The translations under genes were made by a program, and so were the position numbers. A stretch of DNA of 64,000 nucleotides from Blepharisma stoltei ATCC 30299 (lineage: Eukaryota; Protista; Ciliophora), in assembly GCA_965603825.1 (NCBI GenBank), contig CBFDEM010000045.1, positions 1-64,000 of the forward strand, given 5' to 3'. The notes under the pieces are model-generated. The model was not told where the DNA came from and ran no database searches. It saw only the letters and a list, made by a program, of their open reading frames with translations. This document shows positions 50,701-63,200 of the stretch, piece by piece. The first letter of the stretch is position 1; every line of letters starts with the position of its first letter.

Positions 50701-53700
50701 CTAACTTTGTGAATCCTCCCTATATCCCGGCTTCCTACCCAATCCTGACAGCAGATATAGTAGTCCAAGGCTTTTATGTAGTCAAAGTTGTTTTTGATCA
50801 AAACCTAGCAAACCATGTAGCAGCTACAGTAACTGTAAGCCACATTTGGGCTGGGGATGCTACAAATTATGGCTATTTAGGAGGAAGGATTGATATGGAC
50901 ATTTTGTTTACTATGTCAAGCTCACTTTCAAGCAGTTTTACAATAGAAATCACCTTTCCGTCTACCTGGACTACAGACGACCACTGCACATTTTTAGGGA
51001 CTTTGCAGTCTCCAATGAATAAAGACTGGATCGAGTGCAACCAGGTCAGCACCAATGGATTTCTTATAACAAATATAAACGCTTATACCAAAAATGATAA
51101 TGTAAATATCAATGGCTGGGTAACTTTGCCAAACGCAGTAGGACCTCATACAGTGACTGTAACTTTTTACTATACTTATCCTACACAGATTATTGCGACT
51201 GGCACTGGGACTTATACATTGAACAATGTGGCTTATCATAGTCAATTTTCAATGGGAAGATTTATATATAACGCTGCTGATATTTTTGTGCCTGCAAATG
51301 GAGTTTCACCATTTTATCTGTCTGTTCCTGTGCCTTCCACATTGACGATGAACGCTGGGTATGTAAATATTGATTATCCTGCATCAAGTTGGACGACTAC
51401 GCTGCCTTTAGTATGTGTTTGGGAAGGAACTAGCATATGGCAAGCAAGCACATGCAGCATTTCTGGGAATACTGTAACTATTGTAGCACCTGAATATAAT
51501 GATATTACTGCAGGCACCTGGAAAATCACTGTCAATACTTTCCAAGGGATCGACTACAACGGCATCACTTTTCCTCCTACAACTGAGGTGTGGACTTTAT
51601 CTACAAGCTATTCTGATGACGGCATAGCAGGCCCTAACACTATTTCTAGCACGATTTATATAAAAGTTCCACTAGAGCAGTTTGCAACTGATTATGTGTT
51701 CACATTTAGTAATATCAAAAATACCCACATTTTATTAGAAGTGGATTTTTCCTGCACTAATTCATATACTAAAGGTGTCCCTCAGCCTACTGGAAGATCC
51801 TATCTTATAGTAAGATACCCAACCAAGGTCAACGGAAATACTATTTTGCAAGACGATTTCGGAAGAGGCTTTAGTGATAAAAAGCAAATCCCTTGTTTCC
51901 CTCTGACCTCTTTTACAGCTGAAGACTGCTATCTAATATGGGGAAGTGGTAGCTCCTCAGTAGATGGAAAACTCTATATAAATAACTACACCCCTGCGTT
52001 ATCTACAAGCTCACAGTCCTTTTATATCCCATGGCTAGTCAATCCAGCTACCCAAGACAGAATATTGCAATTAACAATAGAACTCTGGGAATTAAATTCA
52101 GCATTAAAATATGAGCTAATGGAATATAAAGAAATCAAATACATTTACGCTGTCCTAAGCACTACGATTTCTACCACAAATCCAGGAACTTTAACTTACC
52201 ATAACACAAATATAAATCAGCAAGGAGACATAGACTTTACTTTTGTGTTGCCTAATAGTCTGACAGGGACAGCTGATGAAGCTGTGGTATGGACACTGAC
52301 TGAGACAATGCCTACTTGGAGCTCTAGTATGTGCCCCAGCTCTCAGACGTGTGAAGACATTCTGTCAGAACATTTAATATTTATGAGACATCCGTCAGGG
52401 TCTGGGACTATTAATAATGGCGACATTATTACTCTGCAAAATGTAATGAATCCAGAAGACCCTTATATGACTCAAACCTGGACAATTTGGATCTATAAAG
52501 GCTATACCATCCAAAAGAAAATCATTTATAACGCCAATATTCCATTTACCTATCCTACCCCGAGCGATTTTAACTACGTTACGTGAAGGTTTGCAGACTA
52601 TAACGTTCCGAATCCTCTGACAAGCCGATATGACCAATATACATTGAGGTTTAGGATTTCCCATACGATATACTCTGGGTATACAATTGAATTTGTGTTC
52701 CCTACCAGTCCTGCCTCTTCTGGAACTAGCTTTGTGGTTGACCATGACTGCGACTGAATCCATGGACTCTCAGGCAGTGGCTTAAGATGTGCAGCAATAA
52801 GCTCCTCAACTATTCAGTGCACTGGGTTTAATACGTATTTTCCTGATTACCCAGCTATTGTGATGACCTGTATGGCTACCAATCCTCCAGTATCTGGCAC
52901 TTCTAATGATTTTGAGCTGTACGTTTATGATGCCTCATCGACCCTCGTGTACTCAGACGTCGCAATACAAACCTTTGTGATAACTTCAGCCCCAACTTTA
53001 TTAAACAAGTATAGTGTAGGCGGCCCTTGGAGAACTAGAGAGCCTGCTTGTGAGAATACTAACTATGCAGATATTACCATATATTTCACAGGCCAGAGGA
53101 CTGATATTACTTATCAATTTAAGGACAGATTCAGCTTTTATTTGCCGACTGGTGTAAGTCTGGCTACTCTCCCGTCACCTGACGGTGCTATTGAGTGTAC
53201 ATTTAATGACATGGCCAACCAGACACCTGGCGAGTATTGTACACTTACTGGGAGTAGAATTGATGTAGGGATTACTGACCAGCAAGGACTTGTGGCAGGA
53301 ACTAATTATGTGATTCATGTATATACAAGAGATGCGACAGCAGGGCTAGGGTATAATGGATTTGTGCTGCCGACTTTTCCTGAGTGGGAAAGCTGATATG
53401 TCCAGGCTTCAACTGGTAGCAGTGGTGAGTCTTCCAAAGTGGTGGTTGAAGACTGTCCTGTTCCTTTTACTTCTTTATCTCTAACACCTTATTCTTATAC
53501 AGTTCAAAAGTGAAATATTTATGACCTGACTTTTCAGCCCAGCAGAAATGTCCCTGTTGGTGGAGGAATTGCAATAGAATTCACCACCTATAACGAAATT
53601 GATCAAGTTTTCGACTTAGATTTAGGCCTTAATATGGCCCCACTAGTTCCTAGTCAAGATTTCAGCTGTATAGTAGAAAGTGGGTTTGGCAGCCCATCTC

Positions 53701-56700
53701 CAGGGACTATTAAATGCACAGTTTACAAGTCAAGCACAGTTTCCTATACAACTCCAGTACTCGTCACAATAACGGGGCATACCACAGCAATTTCTTCAAG
53801 CTCTTCTCATTCAATCAGGCTTGCAAAGCTCTGGAATCCAATCCAGTCAACGTCTCCCATCCTCAATGAATCTCTCAGGGTCCATTTCAAGATTTATTCC
53901 TTTAATATAAACACAAACTCGTTTACAACTGACAGGGCTAAGTACAATTTGCAGACTCTTTTAAGTGTTTATGACCCATGGGGTTCATCTAAATTGACAA
54001 ATCCTTCTCCGACTATTATAGATCCAGAGCCTCAGCCAACTACTACAGTAACAAATACGTATTCAGTGTTCACAAGCTCATTACAAACACAAATTGACTT
54101 AGGTGTTACCTTAGACACGTCTACAGGCTTCGTGATTTATGAGTTTGATAATGCCTTTATTCTCCCCACGACGGGATCTACTAGTGTCAAATGTAACGGG
54201 TCTACGTCTTTATGTGAAGTCTATAAAGAAGCTCAATGAATTGCGTGGAGGACGAATCAGTCCCCAAGTTCTTCGTTTTCTATTAGTTTTCTGGATGCTG
54301 GCACGAATACTTTTAAGACGCCTAATTATTATGCGACAAGCTATACTTTGTCAGCTTATATAATAGAAGCTGGACATTGGGAAGAGGAGCATTACTTTAC
54401 CAATATGGACTCTTTTGCAGCTGGGACTTTAGGTGTTTCTTTTTCGCATAGACTTTCGAGCTACCATCGGCTTACTTATGATGTTTGGACTATTACAATT
54501 ACGCCATCATTAGGCTCTACTATTGTTAAAAGGATTGATATCTATTTCCCAAGCGAGTTCAGCTGGATTGACGCTACATGCAAAACTACTGGATTGACTC
54601 AGATTTCGACAAACTCAAACCCTATCAGCTGCATTTCTGACTGCTCACAAGAGACCTGCACAAATCATATAACCATTACTAATTATGATCCACTATCAGC
54701 TGTCAATACTATTTCGGTTATTATTGGTGCAATGAATCCTAAGAACGCGGTTACAACCTCCAATTTTAACATTTACTATTACGCCTCAACTACTGATACA
54801 ACCCAAATCATAGAAAAATACTCAGGAAACTCTTTGACAATTGACAGTATCATCTACCCATACGATTTCTGGGTTGAGTTGCCTACTTTGAGTATTTATG
54901 ACAGAGGAATCCAACAAGGAGCTTATGGAGAAATATGGATAAGAACCAGAAGCAGAGTGACGCTCCCTGCTAATACTGGGTGGTATAAGGTTGTATTGCC
55001 TAACAACTTTGACATTGCTGCAGCAGCTACTCCAAAATGCACTATTGTACATACTGATGTACCATTCCAGAACTGGCCTGACAGATCCTCTGACTATTAT
55101 AACCACATTGTGGTGCCAAATTGTATTTATAGCAATGGCGTGCTCAACATTATGTTCCCTGGGACCATTTTACGTCAATTTTATGGGGTTAAACCTGGGA
55201 TTTGCACATACCTAGTCCTTACAACTTACCCATCTCCTGTCTCAGGACAGTCTGGCTTCCGTGCTCCTTTACTTTCAGGATGCTCTCAGTTCCAATTTTA
55301 CGCTATGGACGGTGCAACAGTCCTTGAAGAATCCATTACAAATCTCTGTATTAATGGAAACACTCCTACAAACCTGCAGATTTACCCAAGCACTATTGAC
55401 ACTGACACAAATTCCATTTACATGTTCTCCTTCACCACAAGTTCCTATGTCCCCAACTCTTATTTCTACTATTCTGGCACATACCCAGGCCCTCAGTCTG
55501 CTATACAAATTTCTTTTGAAAGCTACGAAAGTTTCCAATTTGACTTAGCTGGGCAGTATGACTCTTATATGCAGGTATTCTGCCAACAAATAACAGGGAT
55601 TTCTCCACCTTCTGGTGAATATTTATCCTGCAAGCTTACTTTGGGCTCAACGACGTCTTCTCCTACATTTACGCATTATCCAGCAATAATTACTATTACA
55701 AACTTTAATAGTATTCCTCTAGGCACCCAAGTATCATTCCATTTGCCTGTTATAAGAAATCCAAACACAGACGGTTGGGTCCCACAGATTACGGTAGGAA
55801 TATACCAAGTGGATTATTTAGGCTTGAAGTCTTGGATAGAAGCCGAACAAACAATAGACCTTACAGCAGTGACAGCATCAACAGCCTTATCTGTTGTAAG
55901 TGTATGCACAGCTCCTACAACGGATTGTTGGGTTACTAATAAAGCAGTCAAGTCAAAAACTACGCTTAACTTGTATTTCAAAGCACAATCAATTACTCTG
56001 AATGGAGGGTCTATGATTGTGATACAGTTCCCTAGCCAGTATGAAGATATTCCTATTAGTGGAGTTAGTGCATATATACAGAGAAACCCTGTGAGCAGTA
56101 CCACAACTGATACTTTTATAATACAAGGGCTCACAGTGGTGACTTATCCACTAGCCAAAATGGTAGCTTTGACAACTCCTTCAGGAAGCGCTATCTATGT
56201 AAATCAGGACTGCACGATTTCTCTATTGAACTTTATAAACCCATCATATATAGACTCTTGCTCTAACTGCAAGATAAACTATTACTCCATTTCTCCAGCA
56301 CAAAAAATAGTAGACCAATACCAAACAGATGACATTTATAATATTTTTGGATTCACAACGGTCGCTTTTTCATTAAGTCCTATCTCTTTATCCTCAGTCT
56401 TTGCAAACTCAGCGGATGTGACTCAGACCTACACATTTTCCCCTCTTTCCACTTTGCCATCAGGTTCACAGACCAAGATTGTGATGCCAACAACTTTTCC
56501 AGACGTTTCAGCTTTAACCCCAGTGCCAACTTGTTCTCTTAATATAACTGCGACTTGTGCGGTTTCCTCATATTCAGTTATAATAACAGGATACTCAGAC
56601 ATTTCTGCAGGCACTAAAGTCCAGCTTAAGCTTTCTGGAACCTTAAACCCTACTTCAGCTTTATTAACGACACAGTCTCCAAGTGGCTTTTATATACAGT

Positions 56701-59700
56701 CCCAAAATTCTAATGGTAAGCAAATAGCCTATTCTGAGTTCCCAGTTCTTCGTATCAATGGTCCAAATCCTGTCACTAGAATCCAAGTAAAAATAATCAC
56801 GACCTTCCCTAACTCTAAAGCCTTATCAGCTTATACATTTAGCATAAACTCAATGCAAGGAATTCCTAAAGGCTCTGATATCGTCATAACTTTCCCTTCA
56901 GAATACTCTTCTCTTCCTACAAATGAGCGCTGCTTTGTGTCAGGGAAATTGATATCATATACATCCTGCTCAATAAGTGGGCTGACAATGACAATTTCTA
57001 CGAATGAGGATATAGCAAGATATGAGAGTTTAAATATAACGATTCCTGGAGTACTGAACCCTACAATAACGACCGCAGACAGCAATGGAGGGCAATATAC
57101 CTCAGCTTTTACAGTCAATACTTACTTTGCGGGACAGCTTATTGATGAAATCGACCCAAGTGACAGTGATGCAAAGGTTTATATTAAAGCAGCCCCAGGA
57201 AGCTTGATAATTACTCAGACTGAGCTTATGCCTCAGTCTGAAGGGGAGATGGCTTTATATTCCTTCTGGGTAACCAATCCTGTCTATATTTCCAATAATG
57301 ATGACATTTCGATGATTTTCCAGTTTCCTATAGAATACAGCTACCAATTGACGTCTTCTTATATTGACTTATTCTGCTATAGTTCTCCTGACTACGAATC
57401 TTGTAACTTAAATTTCCCTCGTATGATAGAATTCCGCACCCTTTCTCCTTATACAGTCCAGCTGGCCATGCTTTTCAAGATTTTCGCTATCACAAATCCA
57501 GTCCAGGGCACTACAAATCCAATAGGTATTTATCTATACAACAATAAAGAAAAAACTTTAATTGGCTACAATAATACTATAACTTTTGTAACAAAGGCAA
57601 TTCCTTCTATTCTCAGTATGTATTCAGTAGAGTCCTCATCATTGATTACCCATACTTATGCAAACTATAAGTTTAACTTTACTATTACTGATAAAGGCAT
57701 CGACGACGATGGAGGAATTTATGTGGATTGGCCTGGAAATTACTATAAGCTGTTTTATGAGCCGAATTATACTTGTAGCTATATATACCCAACTGACCAA
57801 ATTTTGACGTCCCCGACTTGTCTATTTTTGCTACCCACTGGGTATCGTAGAACTGCAGTTTCTATAGCTACCCCAATTCCTACCAATTATGGAGATATGA
57901 GTGTTGAGTTTAATAATGTCCCTACATTACAGCAGGAAGGCTTATCAGGCAGCTTTATTATGAGGATTTTTGATGATGACATATATGCAGTTACGGCGAG
58001 ATCTTATCCAAACCTTACCCCTTACTCTAATTTATATTTCCAAAATATAGGCTACAGGATTTTTGTGAATACTACAGTCGTTTATGTCTATAAAGGAAGC
58101 TACTCCTACCCTATAAAGCTTACCTTAGAAAAGCCTTGCCAAACAGGACTACAAGTTATCCCGAATATTGTGGAAGGAACTGTTGGTGTCGACCCGAAAA
58201 TACTGTATTTCCAATATGAGTACACAAAAACGCTGACTTTTAGGGTTTATGCCCCTATGACTGCAAATACTACGACCTATACCTTGCACTTCGAGAAAAA
58301 TGAGACGTCAACTGACCCAGCGCTAAGAGAATATAAGCCTATGATAGATATCCCTGTCATAGTTTTAGAGCCTATTAACAATATAGGGGTCTATACAGAA
58401 GATATTTCTCATATCCCTCTTTCAGGTACAAGCTTGCCTGTAAGAATGTGGCTGGATAAGCCAGCATATGATGAGCTAAACGTAACTTTATCGACATCTA
58501 CTCCAGAGCAGCCAGATTATGTATTTTTCAACCCAAGCGTCATTACCTTCAAAAATGGAAAACAAGCTGACTATTTTACAGTGACTTTGGTAGAAGGTGC
58601 TATAAGTGGCTATATAAAGTTTACCTTATCTGGAAATGCTTCTGCCAGCTATAAGCTGATTAGGCAGTCTATCACTTTCCAAACTCTTCCTTTAGATGTC
58701 TCTAGCCCTGTCATAAAATCAGCTAGATTATATTCTATTGCAAGGACTTCAGCTTCTGTTTATATCCAGTCTTCTAAGGTTGGCCTAGTCCATTATATCT
58801 ATACAGCTGCAGGGACATCTCCTCCTATTATGCAAATGCTTGTAAATGGTGATACTATGTGGTGTGATGCTTTACAGGTATATGGAAAGGTTTGGACAGA
58901 CACAGATAAAGGAGTAGCGATAATCCCAATGACAGGCCTTACTGATAACACTGCTTATACGTTGTATTACACTGTGCAGTCGAGGTCAAATCATACCACA
59001 GTCAATGTAGAAACTTATAATTTTAAGACCTTGCCTACACATTTGCCTGCGAAATTCAGGATTTATGTAACTGCGCTGTCATCAGTAGAAGAAGTCAACG
59101 TTGGGGTTGCGAAAGCTTTAGCATTCCCATTGGCAAATGTCCTGGCGACAGGAATTGATCCAGCATTAGGCATTACGAGAAGAATGCTGCTGCAAAACAA
59201 GCAGCTGTACTATGAGTTTACGCTGTTTGTAAACAGAGACTCTTCAATGGATAAGCCAATTACGTATGTCAATAATCTTGATAATAATATAGACAGACTT
59301 ACAAAGTACGTCCCCAGTTTCAATACTTCTTCAACTGTTTCTGCGCACTCAAGTGAGTATTCTTATCTTAATGCTCAGTTTACTAATGAAATTACTGTGG
59401 TTTCAGACGCTAATGGCACACTTAATGCATCTACAATACTAAATGTGGCAGGAACTGTTTATGGAGTTTTATTGGGATCAGATAAAAAAGCGCCAAGTAG
59501 TGTCCAGATACGAAATGGGCTGGATGCTCATAATGTAAAGGTAAAAGAAGGAAGATATTCTTATATGAATGTTGAGTATGGCCAAACGGCTTATTTGAAC
59601 TTTACCGGGCTTATAAATCATGCTGAAATGGTTTTGTATTTAACAGCTGAAAATGCATTGCCTGGAAATCCCGATTTGATGGAAGATGAATTTACGATAG

Positions 59701-59813
59701 CTAAATCGGTTGTAGTTGGGAGTGCATTGGACACGACTTATGTTTATATCTTCAAATATCTGAATTCAGCCGCTTTTATATCAATTTCAATGATATTAGT
59801 CTTAATAATCTAA
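35775..59813 (+). CDS. Giant (8012 aa) secreted S/T-rich beta-sandwich repeat surface protein, probably GPI-anchored
   Basis: All long plus-strand track ORFs from 35943 to 59813 are in the same frame. I read each gap and found 16 TGA and no TAA/TAG. Signal peptide MLIIILSIIALSSCAYG; recurring 'IPxGGxIxIxFP..Y', 'C...C' and 'xNP' modules; the protein ends in a hydrophobic stretch with no cytoplasmic tail (NSAAFISISMILVLII*). Confidence 0.9.
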
Positions 59814-60292
59814 GCTTTTATTCTAAAATTGCATTTTAAATCATTGTAAATTATGAAAAAATGTTGAATAACATAATATAAATAAATCAATTTAAGTATG
59901 ATAATAAAACTTTTTATAATGTTTTATATAAAATAATATTTTTGAAAATAGCTTCTTAATTGCCTTAATTACTAAATTTTAATTGTCTTTTAGATATTGT
60001 TATTCTATATTACTTTTAATTCTCTCACTCCGCAGATTTTTAAATGCAGAAGTTTTAAAGTGAAATAAACAGCTAATTATATAATTTAATTAAATTTGCT
60101 AAAAATTTATTAAAAGATTACATATAATTTTTTCTCCATGAAAGGAATAAGCAGGAACTTTTCATAATAGAACTTAATTATAGGAAAATTTTAATTATTA
60201 ACTCTCAATCATCTCCTTGATGGGCACTCTAACCAATAGAATTTATAATATCTTGCAATAAACTTACTGTAATTTTTTTTATCTAAGGCAGA

Positions 60293-63200
60293 TTATCTAA
60301 TAAATTTACTATTTTCGGGATTTTCTTCATCCTTTTCGTTTTTATCACTTTTAATATAAGCATATTCAGCATGCCTGCCAATTCCAGCATCTTCAATCCT
60401 GGTTGATGACAATTGAAATCGAAACAAATTAAAAATATTTTTGTCTTTTTCTGATATCAAAAGGCATGGAAGATACTTTTTTTGGAAAAATATGCCAAAT
60501 AATCCGAGTATTGCTCATCCTGCTAGCAGAATTATAAGCGCAGCAGCTTTACTTCATTTTGATATACCACAGCAAATTCAAAATAAGAGGCTGCACGTCA
60601 AAAAAATACTATATCACATTGAAGCCCTATCATAATTAAATGGCTTTTTGTATGTTGAAATCATAGCATATGCAAAAAACAGGGCAATGCATAGCCCTAT
60701 ATAAGCATATTCAGAAGCTGGGTAAACAACTGTATATAGAATAATATCAATGTGTTTATAGCTTCACCTCACGGAGGGGGGGGGGTCAGGAGGATAAAAC
60801 GACATAGTAGATATGCTTATCTTTCCAACAAAATGTTGAACAGTCTTGGTTATGAAAACTTTCGGTAAAACTATCTCCAATGCTACTAGTGCATTGAAAA
60901 CTTTGAAATAAATTCAAGCAGACAGGTAAAAATAGTGAATCGCCAAGAAAAGGCAATAAATACATATTAAAGTCATTTATTCCTATGGTTATACAATTCT
61001 TAGAATTTTCTCCAATTTTATATTTTTTTCAAAAAATCAGAAAAAATCACGCAAAAGAAATCCCTTCAAAAAATAGTAATTGATTTCAGAATGTAAAATG
61101 GCCATTACTCAAGCCAGTTATATCAAGAACCACAAATTTAGTTAAATCCGACAGCTGAGGGAAAAAACTATTTGTCTCATCTCCTGTATACATATATTGT
61201 AAACACTCAATAAGCACAATAATATATGAAAAAGAGTCAAGAAAATTTTCTTTTTCAACATCCATAAGCTTTTGTATAGAAAAATTAAAAACAAAGTCCG
61301 AAAATTTAATAACAAAGCCAGTCCCAATTATTATTGGGATAACTTCAATTGCTATCAAAATAAAGTAGCCTTTTATGAAAGATTGAACTTGCCTTTCCTT
61401 GAAAGGGCATTTTTGGTCTTCTCCTATAATATCGCTAGGGATATGACCTTCAGTAGACTGCCAAAAAGATTGTTTAATTTGAAGCACAATCAGTTGGCTT
61501 GGGTCATAGAGTCCACAAAGGCTCATTTTTCAGGTCGAGTTAGCTTGAATTAAATTATAAATCCCTAAAACTGTTGTCAGTCTGTCATTCCCATCTTGGG
61601 CGATTTGGACTACTCCTGAGCAGCCTGTGAATTTTACATCTCTCATAGCTTTTTGAGTTTTTGAGCTTTCTAAGTTTATTCCTCGATTAATTAAAGAGTT
61701 TATAGCATAAATTCCAAGATATGCCGCATCATAAAATAGGCACATATTATCATATGCAAATCCAAAACGAGATAAAAAATTATTTTTGATATTTAATCCT
61801 ATTTGATTCTGAAATGCTAAAGAACTGACATAGATGAGCCCATTCATGATTTCTTTTCGTTTTTTATATAAATCTGCATTAACCCTCTTTTCATCCAAAT
61901 CGGATATGCTTAGCATTCCATCTCCTGCAATAAGAAAAATATCAGTCTCTCTCATTCCCAAATCATAAAATGCTTCAATTACATACAAAATATCTGGCTG
62001 CTGAATTTCTAAAACGATATATCTGCTTTTAAGATCAATAATTTCCTGAATCATTATATTGTTTGTGCCGTTAAATCCTAAAGGAACAACTCTGATTTTA
62101 TTTAAAATTGTTAGGCCATATGAGTTAGTCTGATTGATGAACTGAGAATTGAAATCTCTTCCTCATTGTGAGTCTGAATATAATAGTGAGCACTTAGATA
62201 TTCCAAAGATACTCAAAACTAAGGCTACTGCAGAAGATGTAATTGAATTTGGATAAGAAACTCTTAAATATTGAGGATAATATTTATGAATACTCATTTT
62301 AATTGATGTTTCGGCGCCTAGAACTGGTATCGATACATTTATTGATTGAAAAAAATCGACAGTTTCTTCAGTAATCTTTGTATCTGCTTTTGGTAGATGA
62401 AAATACCCTAAATCTGCTGTATGATTTAAAAAACAGCTATATACTGAATTATTATCAAAATCACAAGTGATATTGTTCATTATAATATGAAAATTTGGCA
62501 ATAAAACTGCTTCACTTTTAATTGTTTCTACTGCAAAACTAGCACCATATTGGTTCACACTATTTTCTCCATTTATACTTATAGGAATTTTAATTTTTTC
62601 GTTATTCGGGGCTTCATAAGTCTTTCCTGGAAACATCAATTTATCATACAGTTGCAACCCTTTTCCATTTATTAGTCCTACTGCTGCCAAACTCCCATCG
62701 CTCTGTATATTTCAAATACTGCATGCAATTGTATCAATAGTAAAAATTTTCTGCACATATTTATTCAATGCATAAGCTGAATACGACCCTTGTATATTAT
62801 TATCTGCAACAATTTGATATAGGAGCAAAGATGTATTATAAATTAATTTTTCAATAAAATCATGAAGTCCAGTGCTATGATAGGATCTTGCCTCAAATAA
62901 AATTGAGCCTTTTAAATAAGCACTTCAGGCTGCTTCCTGCAAATAAATATAAGTATATCCTTCTTTGTCCATATCAGCTTCTACTAAGGCTTGCTGAATT
63001 AAATAAGAAATCGCTGCATTTGTTTGAAAGAAAAGCCATTTAACGCCAAATGGCTTGATTTCTCTTGAAATTAATGAAAAAATGTATTCGTAAGGGACTG
63101 ATTCAGGAATTGTGTATTGGGCTACAATTTCTATTCCTTTGTCATTAGTAAAATCCATCCCAATAAAATCACTTGTAATAATAGCGATTACTTTTGTGAT

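Noticed and set aside
9346-59813. Treating the fragmented track ORFs as many small genes or as pseudogenes
   Set aside because: Fragments are in frame and separated only by TGA, which aligns with Trp. Only copy 6 and the three remnants have real lesions.
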